Source of the DNA: Candidatus Omnitrophota bacterium
GTDB taxonomy: Bacteria; Omnitrophota; Gorgyraeia; B26-G9
Direction: 5' to 3'
Assembly (NCBI GenBank): GCA_018817165.1
Contig: JAHITY010000118.1
Coordinates: 6,526 to 70,525 of the forward strand
DNA: 64,000 bases
Part shown: one piece after another, positions 39,338-49,650 of the stretch
Numbering within the stretch: the first letter of the stretch is position 1
How the letters are laid out: every line of letters starts with the position of its first letter
The notes under the pieces: model-generated
The model's input: only the letters and a program-made list of their open reading frames with translations
Database searches by the model: none
Told to the model about the DNA's origin: nothing
Position numbers and translations under genes: made by a program

Positions 39338-40750
39338 ATGAAAGTATTATTTTGTAGTTCAGAAGTTGTGCCTTTTGCGAAAACCGGTGGATTAGCTGAT
39401 GTTGCTGGAACTTTACCTCCTGAACTTGCAAATTTAGGGGTAAATATAAAAGTTGTTTTACCTTATTATAAAAGTATTGATTCTAAGAAATTTGAAATTA
39501 AAAAAATAGATAAAGATACCTCAGTTGCAGTTATTCAGAATAATGTTGAGGTTTATTTTATAGAGAATAAAAGATATTTTGACCGAGCAAATCTTTACCA
39601 ATATAACGGAGTAGATTATCGAGATAATTTGGAAAGATTTACATATTATTGTCAGCAAACATTAAGATTAGCTAAAAAGATTAAATTCAAGCCAGATATT
39701 ATTCATTGCAATGATTGGCAAAGTGCTTTAATCCCGATTTATTTAAAAACTATTTATAAAGATGATGCTTTTTTTAAAAAAACCAAAACTGTTTTTACAA
39801 TCCATAATTTGGGGTATCAAGGTCTTTTTTCCAAAGAAGATTTTTCGGTGACGGGACTTGACTATGATGTGTTTTCAATGGAGGGGTTGGAGTTCTATGG
39901 GAGGATAAATCTGCTTAAAGGCGGTTTATTGTTTTCCGATAAAATTACTACAGTGAGTTCCACCTATGCTGATGAAATTCAAACTCCGCAATTTGGCTGC
40001 GGATTAGAAGGGGTGTTGCTGAAAAGAAAAAATGATTTATCTGGAATATTAAACGGTATAAATTGTCATGATTGGGATCCAACGCAAAATAAAACACTAA
40101 CAAAAAATTATGGACCGGATGCGATTGCTGGCAAGTATCATAATAAAATTGATCTGCAGAAAATTTGCAAATTAAAAGTCAGTAAAAATATTCCCTTGCT
40201 GGGCATAATCACTAGATTGGCTGATCAAAAAGGACTAGATATCTTAGCGGAAGTTATTGATAAAATAGTTCAGATGCCGATTCAGTTTGTTTTACTTGGT
40301 ACCGGGGATCCTAAATATCATAAATTATTCGAGAATATAAAAAATAAGTATAGAAACACCTCGATACATCTTAGTTTTGATGCAAAATTAGCATATAAAA
40401 TTTATGCGGGTTCAGATATTTTCTTAATGCCTTCTTATTATGAACCGTGCGGGTTGGGGCAGCTAATAAGTCTTAATTTCGGCACAATTCCTTTGGTGCG
40501 AAAGATCGGAGGTTTAGCCGATACGGTTGTTGATTATAATCCTTTTACTAAACAAGGAAACGGTTTTGTGTTTGATAATTATCAAGCAGGGGCATTGCTG
40601 GAAGCAATAAAAAGAGCATTATGTGTTTATAATGACAGCGAGACCTGGAACAAGCTTGTTGCCGGAGCAATGAAATGCAATTTTTCCTGGGAAAAATCAG
40701 CAAAAGAGTATAATAAGCTTTATAAGAAACTTTTAAGTTCTAAAAAATAA
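39338..40750 (+). CDS. glgA: Glycogen synthase
   Basis: KTGGLADV, HCNDWQ, TIHNLGYQG, MPSYYEPCGL. Confidence 0.97.
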   Translation: MKVLFCSSEVVPFAKTGGLADVAGTLPPELANLGVNIKVVLPYYKSIDSKKFEIKKIDKDTSVAVIQNNVEVYFIENKRYFDRANLYQYNGVDYRDNLERFTYYCQQTLRLAKKIKFKPDIIHCNDWQSALIPIYLKTIYKDDAFFKKTKTVFTIHNLGYQGLFSKEDFSVTGLDYDVFSMEGLEFYGRINLLKGGLLFSDKITTVSSTYADEIQTPQFGCGLEGVLLKRKNDLSGILNGINCHDWDPTQNKTLTKNYGPDAIAGKYHNKIDLQKICKLKVSKNIPLLGIITRLADQKGLDILAEVIDKIVQMPIQFVLLGTGDPKYHKLFENIKNKYRNTSIHLSFDAKLAYKIYAGSDIFLMPSYYEPCGLGQLISLNFGTIPLVRKIGGLADTVVDYNPFTKQGNGFVFDNYQAGALLEAIKRALCVYNDSETWNKLVAGAMKCNFSWEKSAKEYNKLYKKLLSSKK

Positions 40751-40764
40751 AAAGAATTTATTTT

Positions 40765-41376
40765 ATGGATAGTAAATTAATAGTAATCGGTTTGACTGGC
40801 GGATTAGCCAGTGGAAAAAGTACCGCAGCTAAAATGTTTACTGCTTTTGGCGCAATAATTTTGGATGCGGATAGGATTGGGCATAAAACTCTAGCGAAAA
40901 ATTCTAAATGTTTTAAAAAGATAGTAAAGCGATTTGGTAATAGGATTTTAGATTGCAATGGAACAATCAATAGAGGGAGTTTAGCCAAAGTCGCATTTAA
41001 AAATAGTGCTAACCAAAAAGCCCTTTGCGCGATAATTCATCCTTGGATTTTTGAATACATTGATAAAAAAATAAAACTTTATCAAAAAAATAAAGATGTG
41101 AGATTGCTTATTGTGGAGGCAGTATTACTTATTGAATCCGGTTTGTTTGAGAAAATGGATAAGAACATTGTTGTAAAATCAAATCAGGCGCAGCAGCTTT
41201 TAAGAGCAAAACTTAATCGGAATATGGACAAGGAAGCAGCAAAGCAGAGAATGCAATATCAATTAAAACTAGCTGATAAAATCAAGTACGCTGATTATGT
41301 TATTGATAATCGCGGTACTTTTAAAAATACAGAATCTCAAGTAAAAAAAATAGTAGTTAAATTGTTAAATAATTGA
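40765..41376 (+). CDS. coaE: Dephospho-CoA kinase
   Basis: IGLTGGLASGKST, DAD, IIHP, ADYVIDN. Confidence 0.95.
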   Translation: MDSKLIVIGLTGGLASGKSTAAKMFTAFGAIILDADRIGHKTLAKNSKCFKKIVKRFGNRILDCNGTINRGSLAKVAFKNSANQKALCAIIHPWIFEYIDKKIKLYQKNKDVRLLIVEAVLLIESGLFEKMDKNIVVKSNQAQQLLRAKLNRNMDKEAAKQRMQYQLKLADKIKYADYVIDNRGTFKNTESQVKKIVVKLLNN

Positions 41377-41428
41377 TTAAATAATGTTTGGGGCAGTTAG
41401 ATGCTTCAAACGAAAAGCGAGGGAGTGT

Positions 41429-42820
41429 ATGAAACCACAGAAACCAGAGAGAGCAAAACCAACCAGGGCCGATAGTAATTCTCGGTATCCAATGCATAGT
41501 TCTAGACCTAAACCGTTACAGACAGAAGATCGTAAACCAATGGAAAGACATCAGACTGATGGTGGAATATATATTGGTGAGCTTAAAAAAATGAGCGGTG
41601 CCGGATTAATAAAAATCGCGAAAGAATTAAAAATTGCCGGAATTAGCGGGGTGCGTAAACAGGATCTTATTTTTAAAGTTTTGCAAGCGCAAGCGGAAAA
41701 AGCTGGTAATATGTTTGGCGAAGGAATACTGGAAATATTGCCGGATGGATTTGGTTTTTTAAGATCACCTAATTACAACTATCTGCCTTGTCCTGATGAT
41801 ATTTATATTTCTCCGAGTCAAATCAGAAAATTTAATTTAAAAACCGGTGATACAGTTAGTGGGCAGATTCGTCCACCTAAAGAAGGTGAGCGTTATTTTG
41901 CGCTGCTAAAGGTCGAAGCAGTTAATTTTGAAGCTCCGGAAAAAGTTAAAGACAAAATTCTTTTTGATAACCTTACTCCGCTTTATCCTGAGTCACGTTT
42001 AATCCTGGAAACTGATTCGGAAGATGTCTCGACTAGAATTATGGATTTATTTACCCCGATCGGAAAAGGACAGCGGGGTTTAATTGTCGCTCCTCCGTAT
42101 AGCGGAAAAACTGTTTTATTACAGAAAATAGCAAATAGTATAATTGCCAATAATGAGGATGTTGTGCTTATTGTTTTATTGATTGACGAGCGTCCGGAAG
42201 AAGTTACGGATATGCAGCGTTCAGTTAAAGCTGAAGTAATCAGCTCTACTTTTGATGAGCCGCCAGAGAGGCATGTTCAGGTGGCGGAAATTGTTTTGGA
42301 AAAAGCAAAGCGATTGGTTGAATGTGGTAGAGATGTCGTTATATTATTAGATAGTATAACTCGTTTGGCTCGAGCGCATAATACGGTTGTTCCGCATTCT
42401 GGAAAAATATTATCGGGCGGTGTTGATTCAACTGCTTTGCAAAAACCAAAACGTTTTTTTGGAGCTGCGCGGAATATTGAAGAGGGCGGATCATTGACTA
42501 TTCTGGCAACAGCCTTGGTTGACACAGGAAGCAGAATGGATGAAGTTATTTTTGAAGAATTTAAAGGTACCGGTAATATGGAATTACAGCTTGATCGTAA
42601 TTTATTTCAGAGACGGATTTACCCGGCGATTGATATTAAACGTTCGAATACGCGTAAAGAAGAATTACTGGTCGATCCAGAAGAATTAAAGCTTATTTGG
42701 ATTTTACGTAAAGCGCTTAATGAGCTGAGCAGTGTGGAAGCAATGGAGCTGCTTACTACAAAACTTAAAAAAGTATCGACAAACGCGGAATTCTTGCTTT
42801 CTCTGTCAAAAAGCAGATAA
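41429..42820 (+). CDS. rho: Transcription termination factor Rho
   Basis: [43 protein letters not shown]. Confidence 0.98.
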   Translation: MKPQKPERAKPTRADSNSRYPMHSSRPKPLQTEDRKPMERHQTDGGIYIGELKKMSGAGLIKIAKELKIAGISGVRKQDLIFKVLQAQAEKAGNMFGEGILEILPDGFGFLRSPNYNYLPCPDDIYISPSQIRKFNLKTGDTVSGQIRPPKEGERYFALLKVEAVNFEAPEKVKDKILFDNLTPLYPESRLILETDSEDVSTRIMDLFTPIGKGQRGLIVAPPYSGKTVLLQKIANSIIANNEDVVLIVLLIDERPEEVTDMQRSVKAEVISSTFDEPPERHVQVAEIVLEKAKRLVECGRDVVILLDSITRLARAHNTVVPHSGKILSGGVDSTALQKPKRFFGAARNIEEGGSLTILATALVDTGSRMDEVIFEEFKGTGNMELQLDRNLFQRRIYPAIDIKRSNTRKEELLVDPEELKLIWILRKALNELSSVEAMELLTTKLKKVSTNAEFLLSLSKSR

Positions 42821-42844
42821 ATAATCGCAAGGTATTAACAATGG

Positions 42845-42873
42845 TTGACGAAAAGTCTATTTTCTGATAAAAT
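42845..42873 (+). promoter_or_regulatory. Sigma70 promoter for the rpmE-prfA operon
   Basis: TTGACG-N17-TAAAAT with TGn. Confidence 0.7.
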
Positions 42874-42918
42874 TTCTAGTTCAGAACCGAAGATGTGAAC
42901 AATCGAAAATATTTGAAT

Positions 42919-43023
42919 AATAATGATTCCGAAAGTGCCTGCTAGGTCGCAGTCATTTCGGACTAAATTCGCGCAGGCTGACTTGATGTCGCAATAATGC
43001 TCCATAAGTCAGGCGCTCATTTA
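42919..43023. repeat. Structured repeat family A, copy 4, in the rpmE 5' leader
   Basis: Same consensus with a compensatory ATG/CAT pair; followed by an AGGAGG RBS. Confidence 0.9.
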
Positions 43024-43036
43024 ACAGGAGGGAAAT

Positions 43037-43234
43037 ATGAAGAAGAAAATACATCCAGAATACAATCAAAGCACGATAACTTGTGCTTGTGGTGAAGTAA
43101 TGAGTACAAATAGTACAAAACAGGACATGCGTGTAGAAATATGCAGCAGTTGTCATCCTTTTTTTACTGGAAAACAAAAAATGCTTGATACTGCCGGAAG
43201 AGTAGAGCGATTTAAGAAGCGATATGCTAAATAA
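43037..43234 (+). CDS. rpmE: 50S ribosomal protein L31 (Zn-binding type)
   Basis: [23 protein letters not shown]. Confidence 0.97.
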   Translation: MKKKIHPEYNQSTITCACGEVMSTNSTKQDMRVEICSSCHPFFTGKQKMLDTAGRVERFKKRYAK

Positions 43235-44312
43235 TAAGCTTTTATTTGGTAAACTCGATGAGTTTGTGGATCGTTTAAAAGTTTTAGAAAATCAAATGAG
43301 TGATCCAGAGATAATAAAAAATGTTTCTGGATATCGGAAATTAGCAATAGAAAGGTCTGATCTTTTAGATAAGATCGCTTTGTTTAGTAATTATAAAAAT
43401 AATTACGAGGAGGTTAATCGTTTAAAATCAATCATTCAAGAGTCGACTGAAGAGGAAGATTTTCTTGAGCTGGTTGAAGAAGAATTAAAAGTTTTAAAAG
43501 GAAAACAAAATAAACTTATTGAAAATATTGAAGAATTTTTGATTGAGCCTGATCCGAATGATGATAAAGATATTATTATTGAAATCCGGGCCGGGACTGG
43601 CGGTGAAGAAGCCGCGCTATTTGCCGCGGATCTTTATAGAATGTATGCTTATTATGCTGAAAAGTGTGGGATCAAAGTCGAAGTAATAAATTCTAGCCCC
43701 ACGCCGATCGGTGGGTTTAAAGAAATAATTTTTTCCTTAGAGGGAAGTAAAGTTTATAAACGGTTTAAATTTGAATCGGGGATTCATCGAGTTCAAAGGG
43801 TTCCGAGTACTGAAACAGCAGGGAGAATTCATACTTCAGCGGTTAGTGTGGCAGTTTTAGCGGCGGCAGAGGAAATGGATTTAGAAATAAATATTAATGA
43901 TCTAAAAGTGGATGTATACCGTTCTTCCGGCGCTGGTGGCCAGAGCGTAAATACAACAGACTCAGCAGTAAGAATCACGCATTTGCCTACAGGGGTAGTA
44001 GTTACTTGTCAAGATGAACGCTCTCAGATTAAAAATAAAGCTAAAGCACTTAAAGTTTTAAGAGCAAAGCTATATGATCATGCTCAATTAGAGCAGGCTT
44101 CGAAAATCAGCCAAGATCGAAAGAAACAGGTTGGATCCGGAGATAGAAGTGAAAAAATAAGGACTTATAATTTTCCTGATAGACGGGTTACTGATCATCG
44201 GATTTCCTTAACTTTGTATAAAATTGAACAAATTTTAGCTGGAGATTTAGATGAACTTATTTCAGGATTGCAATCAGCGGAAAAAGAGCTTAAACTTAAA
44301 CAGAATAAATAA
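43224..44312 (+). CDS. prfA: Peptide chain release factor 1
   Basis: RVPSTE (PxT), GAGGQ, RTYNFP. Confidence 0.97.
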   Translation: MLNNKLLFGKLDEFVDRLKVLENQMSDPEIIKNVSGYRKLAIERSDLLDKIALFSNYKNNYEEVNRLKSIIQESTEEEDFLELVEEELKVLKGKQNKLIENIEEFLIEPDPNDDKDIIIEIRAGTGGEEAALFAADLYRMYAYYAEKCGIKVEVINSSPTPIGGFKEIIFSLEGSKVYKRFKFESGIHRVQRVPSTETAGRIHTSAVSVAVLAAAEEMDLEININDLKVDVYRSSGAGGQSVNTTDSAVRITHLPTGVVVTCQDERSQIKNKAKALKVLRAKLYDHAQLEQASKISQDRKKQVGSGDRSEKIRTYNFPDRRVTDHRISLTLYKIEQILAGDLDELISGLQSAEKELKLKQNK

Positions 44313-44415
44313 TGAATTAGTGATATTGGCTCAATAATATTTAGTCCAAAGGCATGCTTATTTATTGCACCAATGGGGTGTAATTTTTTTTTATAATACA
44401 AGGTATGAGGAAAAA

Positions 44416-44847
44416 ATGAAATTTTCTGGATATAACTTTGTGTTAATCTCCGTAGTTTTTAGTATATTAATTAGTAACAAAGTAATGGCGCAGAATGTTA
44501 AAAAAGCCGATCAAGGTAGAGTTATTTATGAACAGCAAATGTCTTATGATGATGCGCGTAAAATGCAGGAAATAGTGGCGCAACTAGAAAAAGAAAAAAA
44601 TAATAATGATGGATCAGCAGTATCAAGTAATCCATTAATTGACGCTATGAGTGATGGCTCAGCTGATAATTCAAAAATGCTTGATATGCTGAAGATTTTA
44701 ATTAATACAATGGGTATTGATGTTTTGCCGGAAGATTTAGTTGCACAGAAAACAGGCATAGAGACGGATAACTCAGAAAAAAGCGGTGTGAATAATTTCA
44801 AGAAGTGGGACGACACACATAATTGGAAGAAGCTAAGAATTGAGTAA
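44416..44847 (+). CDS. Hypothetical exported protein
   Basis: Signal-peptide-like N-terminus (VMA|Q); GAGG before the ATG at 44416; no recognised domain. Confidence 0.6.
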   Translation: MKFSGYNFVLISVVFSILISNKVMAQNVKKADQGRVIYEQQMSYDDARKMQEIVAQLEKEKNNNDGSAVSSNPLIDAMSDGSADNSKMLDMLKILINTMGIDVLPEDLVAQKTGIETDNSEKSGVNNFKKWDDTHNWKKLRIE

Positions 44848-44882
44848 AATTAGGGACCGATTAGCTTGAATCGTAAAATATA

Positions 44883-45776
44883 ATGAATAAACAAGATACT
44901 ACTATCGGGAAAGCTCTAAGTGCAGCAGAGTGTTTGTTATCACAGGCTGGCATTGTTTCAGCAGAAAAAGAAGCGGTAATATTACTAGGTTTTTTTTTAG
45001 ATTTAAAGCGAATTGACGTGTATTTTATTAGAAATGAAATTTTAAATTCAGATATTTTGATTGAATTTCAATCTGCGGTAAATAAAAGATGCGCTTATTT
45101 CCCCCTGCAGTATCTTACAGGGGAAACTTTTTTTTATGGTTTAAGACTGGTAATGCGGGAGGGAGTTTTTATTCCCAGGCCTGAAACAGAAATATTGGTA
45201 GAGAAAATAATTAAAATAGCGGAGAAGAATTTTCCAAACGGCTTGAAAATATTAGAGTTATGTACAGGTTCCGGTAATATTTCAGTTTCATTGACAAAAA
45301 ACATACAATATTGTACAATTATTAGTTCAGATATAAACAAAAAAGCTTTGGACTTATCGCGACATAATGCTTGTATCCATGGAGTAAGTGAGCAAATTAA
45401 ATTTATCCAAAGTGATTTGTTTGAGGCTTTAGATTCTCAAGATTATCAACAGGAAAGTAATCGGTTTGAGATTATAGTGGCTAATCCTCCTTATGTTAGT
45501 TTTGAGCAGATGAATGAATTACCGGCGGATGTGCTTAATGAACCTAAAGAGGCACTTTATGGGGGTAATGACGGTTTAGATTTTTATCGGAAAATTATTG
45601 GACAAACAAGAAATTTTTTAAAAAAAAGCGGTTATATTGCTTTTGAATTTGGTGATAAGCAAGCCAAAGATATTGAACAAATTATACAAGTAAGTAAGCT
45701 TTTTGATCAAACAGAGTTTTTTGCTGATTTAAACGGAATATACCGATTTGTAATCGCTAGGCGTATAAATGGATAA
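44883..45776 (+). CDS. prmC: Release factor glutamine methyltransferase
   Basis: PLQYLTG, FIPRPETE, LCTGSG, NPPY. Confidence 0.95.
   Translation: MNKQDTTIGKALSAAECLLSQAGIVSAEKEAVILLGFFLDLKRIDVYFIRNEILNSDILIEFQSAVNKRCAYFPLQYLTGETFFYGLRLVMREGVFIPRPETEILVEKIIKIAEKNFPNGLKILELCTGSGNISVSLTKNIQYCTIISSDINKKALDLSRHNACIHGVSEQIKFIQSDLFEALDSQDYQQESNRFEIIVANPPYVSFEQMNELPADVLNEPKEALYGGNDGLDFYRKIIGQTRNFLKKSGYIAFEFGDKQAKDIEQIIQVSKLFDQTEFFADLNGIYRFVIARRING
45291..45319 (+). promoter_or_regulatory. Near-consensus sigma70 promoter inside prmC
   Basis: TTGACA-N17-TACAAT. Confidence 0.45.
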
Positions 45777-47034
45777 AATTATTATTGAAGGTGGAGTGCC
45801 GTTAAAAGGTAAGATTGAAGTTAGTGGCGCGAAAAACGCGGCATTGCCGATATTGGCGGCAACTCTGTTAACAGAAGAAAAATGTATTATTAAAAATGTG
45901 CCGGTACTAAGGGATGTTATGACTATGCTGAGAATTCTGCGTAGTTTAGGCGTTAAGACCCAAATGGAAGGCAATAAAGTAATTATAGAACCAAAAAGAT
46001 GCAATAGTTATATTGCTGATTACAAATTAGTCAGTACTATGAGAGCGTCTATTTGTGTGTTAGGCCCGTTGTTAGCTAAACAGAAACAGGCAAAGGTTTC
46101 AATGCCAGGTGGGTGTATTATTGGGCAGCGACCTGTTGATCTGCATATAAAAGGTTTGAGTGCTTTAGGCGCAAAGATCAAGATAGAACATGGGTATATT
46201 GATGCGCGGGCAAAGCAATTGCGCGGCGCAAATATTTTTCTTGGCGGAGCATATGGTTCTTCGGTTCTGGCTACATCTAATGTGCTGATGAGTGCATGTT
46301 TGGCTAAAGGAATAACCTTAATTGAAAATGCTGCTTGTGAGCCGGAAATTGTTGATCTGGCAAATTTTTTAATTAAGATGGGTGCAAAAATAAAAGGGCA
46401 GGGAACACCTCTGATTACGATTGAAGGTGTGAAAAAATTAAGCGGTGCGACGCATACTGTAATCCCGGACAGGATAGAAGCCGGAACATTTATTCTTGCT
46501 GCGATAATTACCGGCGGGGATTTAATTATTGAAAAAGCTCGCCCGGATCATTTATCCGCTTTATTTGATAAATTAAAACAGGTTGGGTGTAGCATTACGG
46601 TTCGGGGTGATACTATTTACGCTAAAAGAAAAACTGCTTTTTTAAAGCCTGTTGATATAACAACTATGCCTTATCCGGGTTTTCCGACTGATATGCAGGC
46701 TCAAATGATGGCATTAGCATCAATCAGCGATGGAATAAGTGTTTTGACGGAAAAGATATTTCCCGATAGGTTTATGCATGTTAGTGAGTTAAACCGCATG
46801 GGAGCAGGAATTTTTTTAGAAGGGGCAAGCGCTATTGTTAAAGGCGTAAAACGTCTGAGCGGTGCGCCGGTTATGGCTTCAGATTTAAGAGCTTCAGCTG
46901 CGCTGATTCTGGCTGGTTTGGTTGCTAAAGGTAAGACAGAAATTTCTCGTATTTATCATTTAGATCGAGGTTATGACAAGATAGAAGAGAAATTGCAAAA
47001 AGTTGGGGCAAGAATTAAAAGAGTAAAAGAATAA
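45769..47034 (+). CDS. murA: UDP-N-acetylglucosamine 1-carboxyvinyltransferase
   Basis: GAKNAALP, PGGCIIGQRPVDLH, PGFPTDMQ, DLRAS, HLDRGY. Confidence 0.98.
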   Translation: MDKIIIEGGVPLKGKIEVSGAKNAALPILAATLLTEEKCIIKNVPVLRDVMTMLRILRSLGVKTQMEGNKVIIEPKRCNSYIADYKLVSTMRASICVLGPLLAKQKQAKVSMPGGCIIGQRPVDLHIKGLSALGAKIKIEHGYIDARAKQLRGANIFLGGAYGSSVLATSNVLMSACLAKGITLIENAACEPEIVDLANFLIKMGAKIKGQGTPLITIEGVKKLSGATHTVIPDRIEAGTFILAAIITGGDLIIEKARPDHLSALFDKLKQVGCSITVRGDTIYAKRKTAFLKPVDITTMPYPGFPTDMQAQMMALASISDGISVLTEKIFPDRFMHVSELNRMGAGIFLEGASAIVKGVKRLSGAPVMASDLRASAALILAGLVAKGKTEISRIYHLDRGYDKIEEKLQKVGARIKRVKE

Positions 47035-47135
47035 ATGATTCCGAAAGTGTCTGCTAGGCCGCAGCCATTTCGGACTAAATTCGTGTTGGCTGACTTGACG
47101 TCGCGTAAATGCTCCGTAAGTCAGACACTCATTTA
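47032..47135. repeat. Structured repeat family A, copy 5
   Basis: Starts at the murA stop; compensatory GTGT/ACAC replaces GCGC/GCGC. Confidence 0.9.
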
Positions 47136-47150
47136 AAGAGTAAAAGTATT

Positions 47151-47230
47151 ATCCACGCCGAAAAACGGCGGGATTAAATTCGCACAGATAATTTATATTG
47201 CTAGAAACCACATAAATTATGTGCTCATTT
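47151..47230. repeat. Structured repeat family A, divergent copy 6, abutting the rpsP RBS
   Basis: ATCC-A-CGCCG-AAAAA-CGGCG-GGAT, then TAAATTC, then GCAC-AG-ATAATTTAT...ATAAATTAT-GTGC, then TCATTT and GAGGAGG. Confidence 0.75.
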
Positions 47231-47244
47231 GAGGAGGTGAAAAA

Positions 47245-47511
47245 GTGGCTGTTATTATTCGTTTATCGAGACTAGGAACAAAAGGAAAACCGCATCATAA
47301 GATTGTGGTTATAGACCAACATAGACCGAGAGATGGACGTTTTATTGAAGAAATTGGTTATTATAATGCTTCGATTAAACCAACATTGATGGAAGTTAAA
47401 GCTGATCGTGCTTTATATTGGATGAGTGTTGGAGCAAAACCAACTGGAACTGTAAAAAGAATATTTAAAAATAAAAAAATTCCTTTAAATGCTAAAAAGG
47501 AGACAAAATAG
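47245..47511 (+). CDS. rpsP: 30S ribosomal protein S16
   Basis: IRLSRLG, RPRDGRFIEEIGYY, GAKPT. Confidence 0.97.
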   Translation: MAVIIRLSRLGTKGKPHHKIVVIDQHRPRDGRFIEEIGYYNASIKPTLMEVKADRALYWMSVGAKPTGTVKRIFKNKKIPLNAKKETK

Positions 47512-47816
47512 TGAAGCGTGCTATTTTATTTGTTTTTGTTTTATTTATGGTTTCTACTGTTTCTGGGTGTAAGACTTTTAATCAGTTTAGTAATCAGAAC
47601 AGAGATAGTGCGGCATTAAAAGGGGAAGAGTTAAACCTTGATAGTGATCAGGCCTATCTGTTGAGTACATGGTATCATAATGCAGTTTTATCTGAAGATG
47701 TGGGTGATTATAATGCAGCAATTATGTATTATGCGAAAATCGTTGAATATTTTCCGGAAACTGAAAAAGGCAGAATGGCCAACAAAAGGCTTAATGTGCT
47801 GAATAGAGCACATTAA
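47511..47816 (+). CDS. Small lipoprotein with a TPR-like C-terminus
   Basis: Lipobox VSG|C; YNAAIMYYAKIVEYFPETE TPR-like helix pair. Confidence 0.65.
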   Translation: MKRAILFVFVLFMVSTVSGCKTFNQFSNQNRDSAALKGEELNLDSDQAYLLSTWYHNAVLSEDVGDYNAAIMYYAKIVEYFPETEKGRMANKRLNVLNRAH

Positions 47817-47852
47817 TATTGATATGTCGGTTAAGACAAAAATTATTAAAAT

Positions 47853-48545
47853 ATGAATATAGACGTGCTCACATTATTTCCGGAAATGTTTCCGGGAATT
47901 CTGAATGAATCTATTTTAAAAAGAGCTCAAGAAAATAAAAAAGCGAAAGTTTCTATACATGATATGCGCAATTGGACTCATGATGCGCGTAAGACTGTTG
48001 ATGATAAACCTTTTGGTGGCGGTCCAGGAATGGTGATTAAACCTGAACCTGTTTTTGAAGCTTGTGACGATCTTTGTAAAAAAAATTCGTATGTGATTTT
48101 ACTTACTCCGCAAGGGGAAAAATTTAATCAAGCAATGGCTAAAGAGCTATCATCTAAAAAACGCATTTTAATGATATGCGGACACTATGAAGGCTTTGAT
48201 GAGCGGATTAGAAAAATTGCGGATAAAGAAATTTCTATAGGGGATTATGTTTTGACTGGCGGAGAAATCCCCGCTATGGTGCTTATTGATGCAGTCATCA
48301 GACTGATACCAGGAGTTTTGGGGGAAGAATCTTCATTGGATGATGAGTCGTTTAATGATGGGCTGCTTGAATATCCTCAATATACCAGACCGAGAGTTTT
48401 TAGAGATATGGAAGTACCGCCAGTTCTTTTGTCTGGCGATCATAAAAAAGTAGCTAAATGGCGCAGTGAACAAGCATTAAAAAGAACTCAGGAAAAAAGA
48501 AAAGATTTATTAAAGGAGGAAATAAACAATGGTAAAGAAAAATAG
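47853..48545 (+). CDS. trmD: tRNA (guanine-N1)-methyltransferase
   Basis: [42 protein letters not shown]. Confidence 0.98.
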   Translation: MNIDVLTLFPEMFPGILNESILKRAQENKKAKVSIHDMRNWTHDARKTVDDKPFGGGPGMVIKPEPVFEACDDLCKKNSYVILLTPQGEKFNQAMAKELSSKKRILMICGHYEGFDERIRKIADKEISIGDYVLTGGEIPAMVLIDAVIRLIPGVLGEESSLDDESFNDGLLEYPQYTRPRVFRDMEVPPVLLSGDHKKVAKWRSEQALKRTQEKRKDLLKEEINNGKEK

Positions 48546-48879
48546 TGATCAGCCGAAAATAGTTGATTTTGGCCCTGGTGATACAGTTAAGGTTCATGTG
48601 AAAATTCAGGAAGAAGAAGGTAAAGTGCGTATTCAGACTTTTGAAGGAATTGTACTGAGAAAGCGCGGCGGCGGTGTTAGCGAAACTTTTACTGTGAGGA
48701 GAGTTTCTTATGGTGAAGGAGTTGAAAGAATTTTCCCTTTGCATTCTCCGATTATTGACAGAATCGAGCTTGTCAAAAAAGGAAAAGTTCGTAGAGCAAG
48801 ATTGTATTATTTACGCGATCGAAAAGGTAAAAAAGCAAAAGTAGAGGAAAAAAAGACATTTGTTACTGCTGAGGCTTAA
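48529..48879 (+). CDS. rplS: 50S ribosomal protein L19
   Basis: [31 protein letters not shown]. Confidence 0.98.
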   Translation: MVKKNSDQPKIVDFGPGDTVKVHVKIQEEEGKVRIQTFEGIVLRKRGGGVSETFTVRRVSYGEGVERIFPLHSPIIDRIELVKKGKVRRARLYYLRDRKGKKAKVEEKKTFVTAEA

Positions 48880-48885
48880 TTAAGC

Positions 48886-49488
48886 GTGTGGCGCATTGAG
48901 CAGTCTATTTTCGACCAAGGTTTTGAGTCTATTGCCGGAGTTGATGAGGCTGGCCGCGGTCCTTTAGCCGGACCAGTTGTTGCCGCGGCTGTTATTGTTC
49001 CTAAATTTTACGAATTTTCATCTAAGGTTACTGACTCTAAAAAATTGTCTGCTGCTCAGAGGCAGAGAGCATATGAAGAAATAATCGCTAAATGTATTTA
49101 CGCTTTTGCAGTTGTTGATGAAAATCAAATAGACAAGTATAATATTCTGCAGGCCAGCCTTTTGGCTATGGCTGATGCGATTCATAATCTTTCCCAAAAA
49201 CCAGAATGGGTTTTAATTGACGGAGTGCATAAACCCGCTTTGGAATTTCCCATGCAAGCGATAATTAAGGGGGATTCCTTGAGTATTTCAATCGCTAGTG
49301 CCTCAATTGTGGCTAAAGTTATAAGAGATAGTATCATGATTGAATTAGATCGGGAGTATCCTCAGTACGGTTTTGCAATTCATAAAGGCTATGGGACTAA
49401 ATCCCATTTACAATCTATATCTGCATATGGTCCATGCCCGATTCATCGTAAGACTTTCCAGCCGATAAAAGGTATTCTCAGTAAGTAG
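48886..49488 (+). CDS. rnhB: Ribonuclease HII
   Basis: [37 protein letters not shown]. Confidence 0.97.
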   Translation: MWRIEQSIFDQGFESIAGVDEAGRGPLAGPVVAAAVIVPKFYEFSSKVTDSKKLSAAQRQRAYEEIIAKCIYAFAVVDENQIDKYNILQASLLAMADAIHNLSQKPEWVLIDGVHKPALEFPMQAIIKGDSLSISIASASIVAKVIRDSIMIELDREYPQYGFAIHKGYGTKSHLQSISAYGPCPIHRKTFQPIKGILSK

Positions 49489-49650
49489 TTTTCCTCTGGT
49501 TTCGAAGAATTCTCTCAAAATAAAATTTTATTAAAAGTTGGCATAATCAGTTAAAAAATGGTAAACTTTATTAATTTTTAATTGATTAAAAAAGCGCATA
49601 ACCTCATGCGATTAAAAGATAAATGAAATTTTTACTTTAACAGGTAATCT

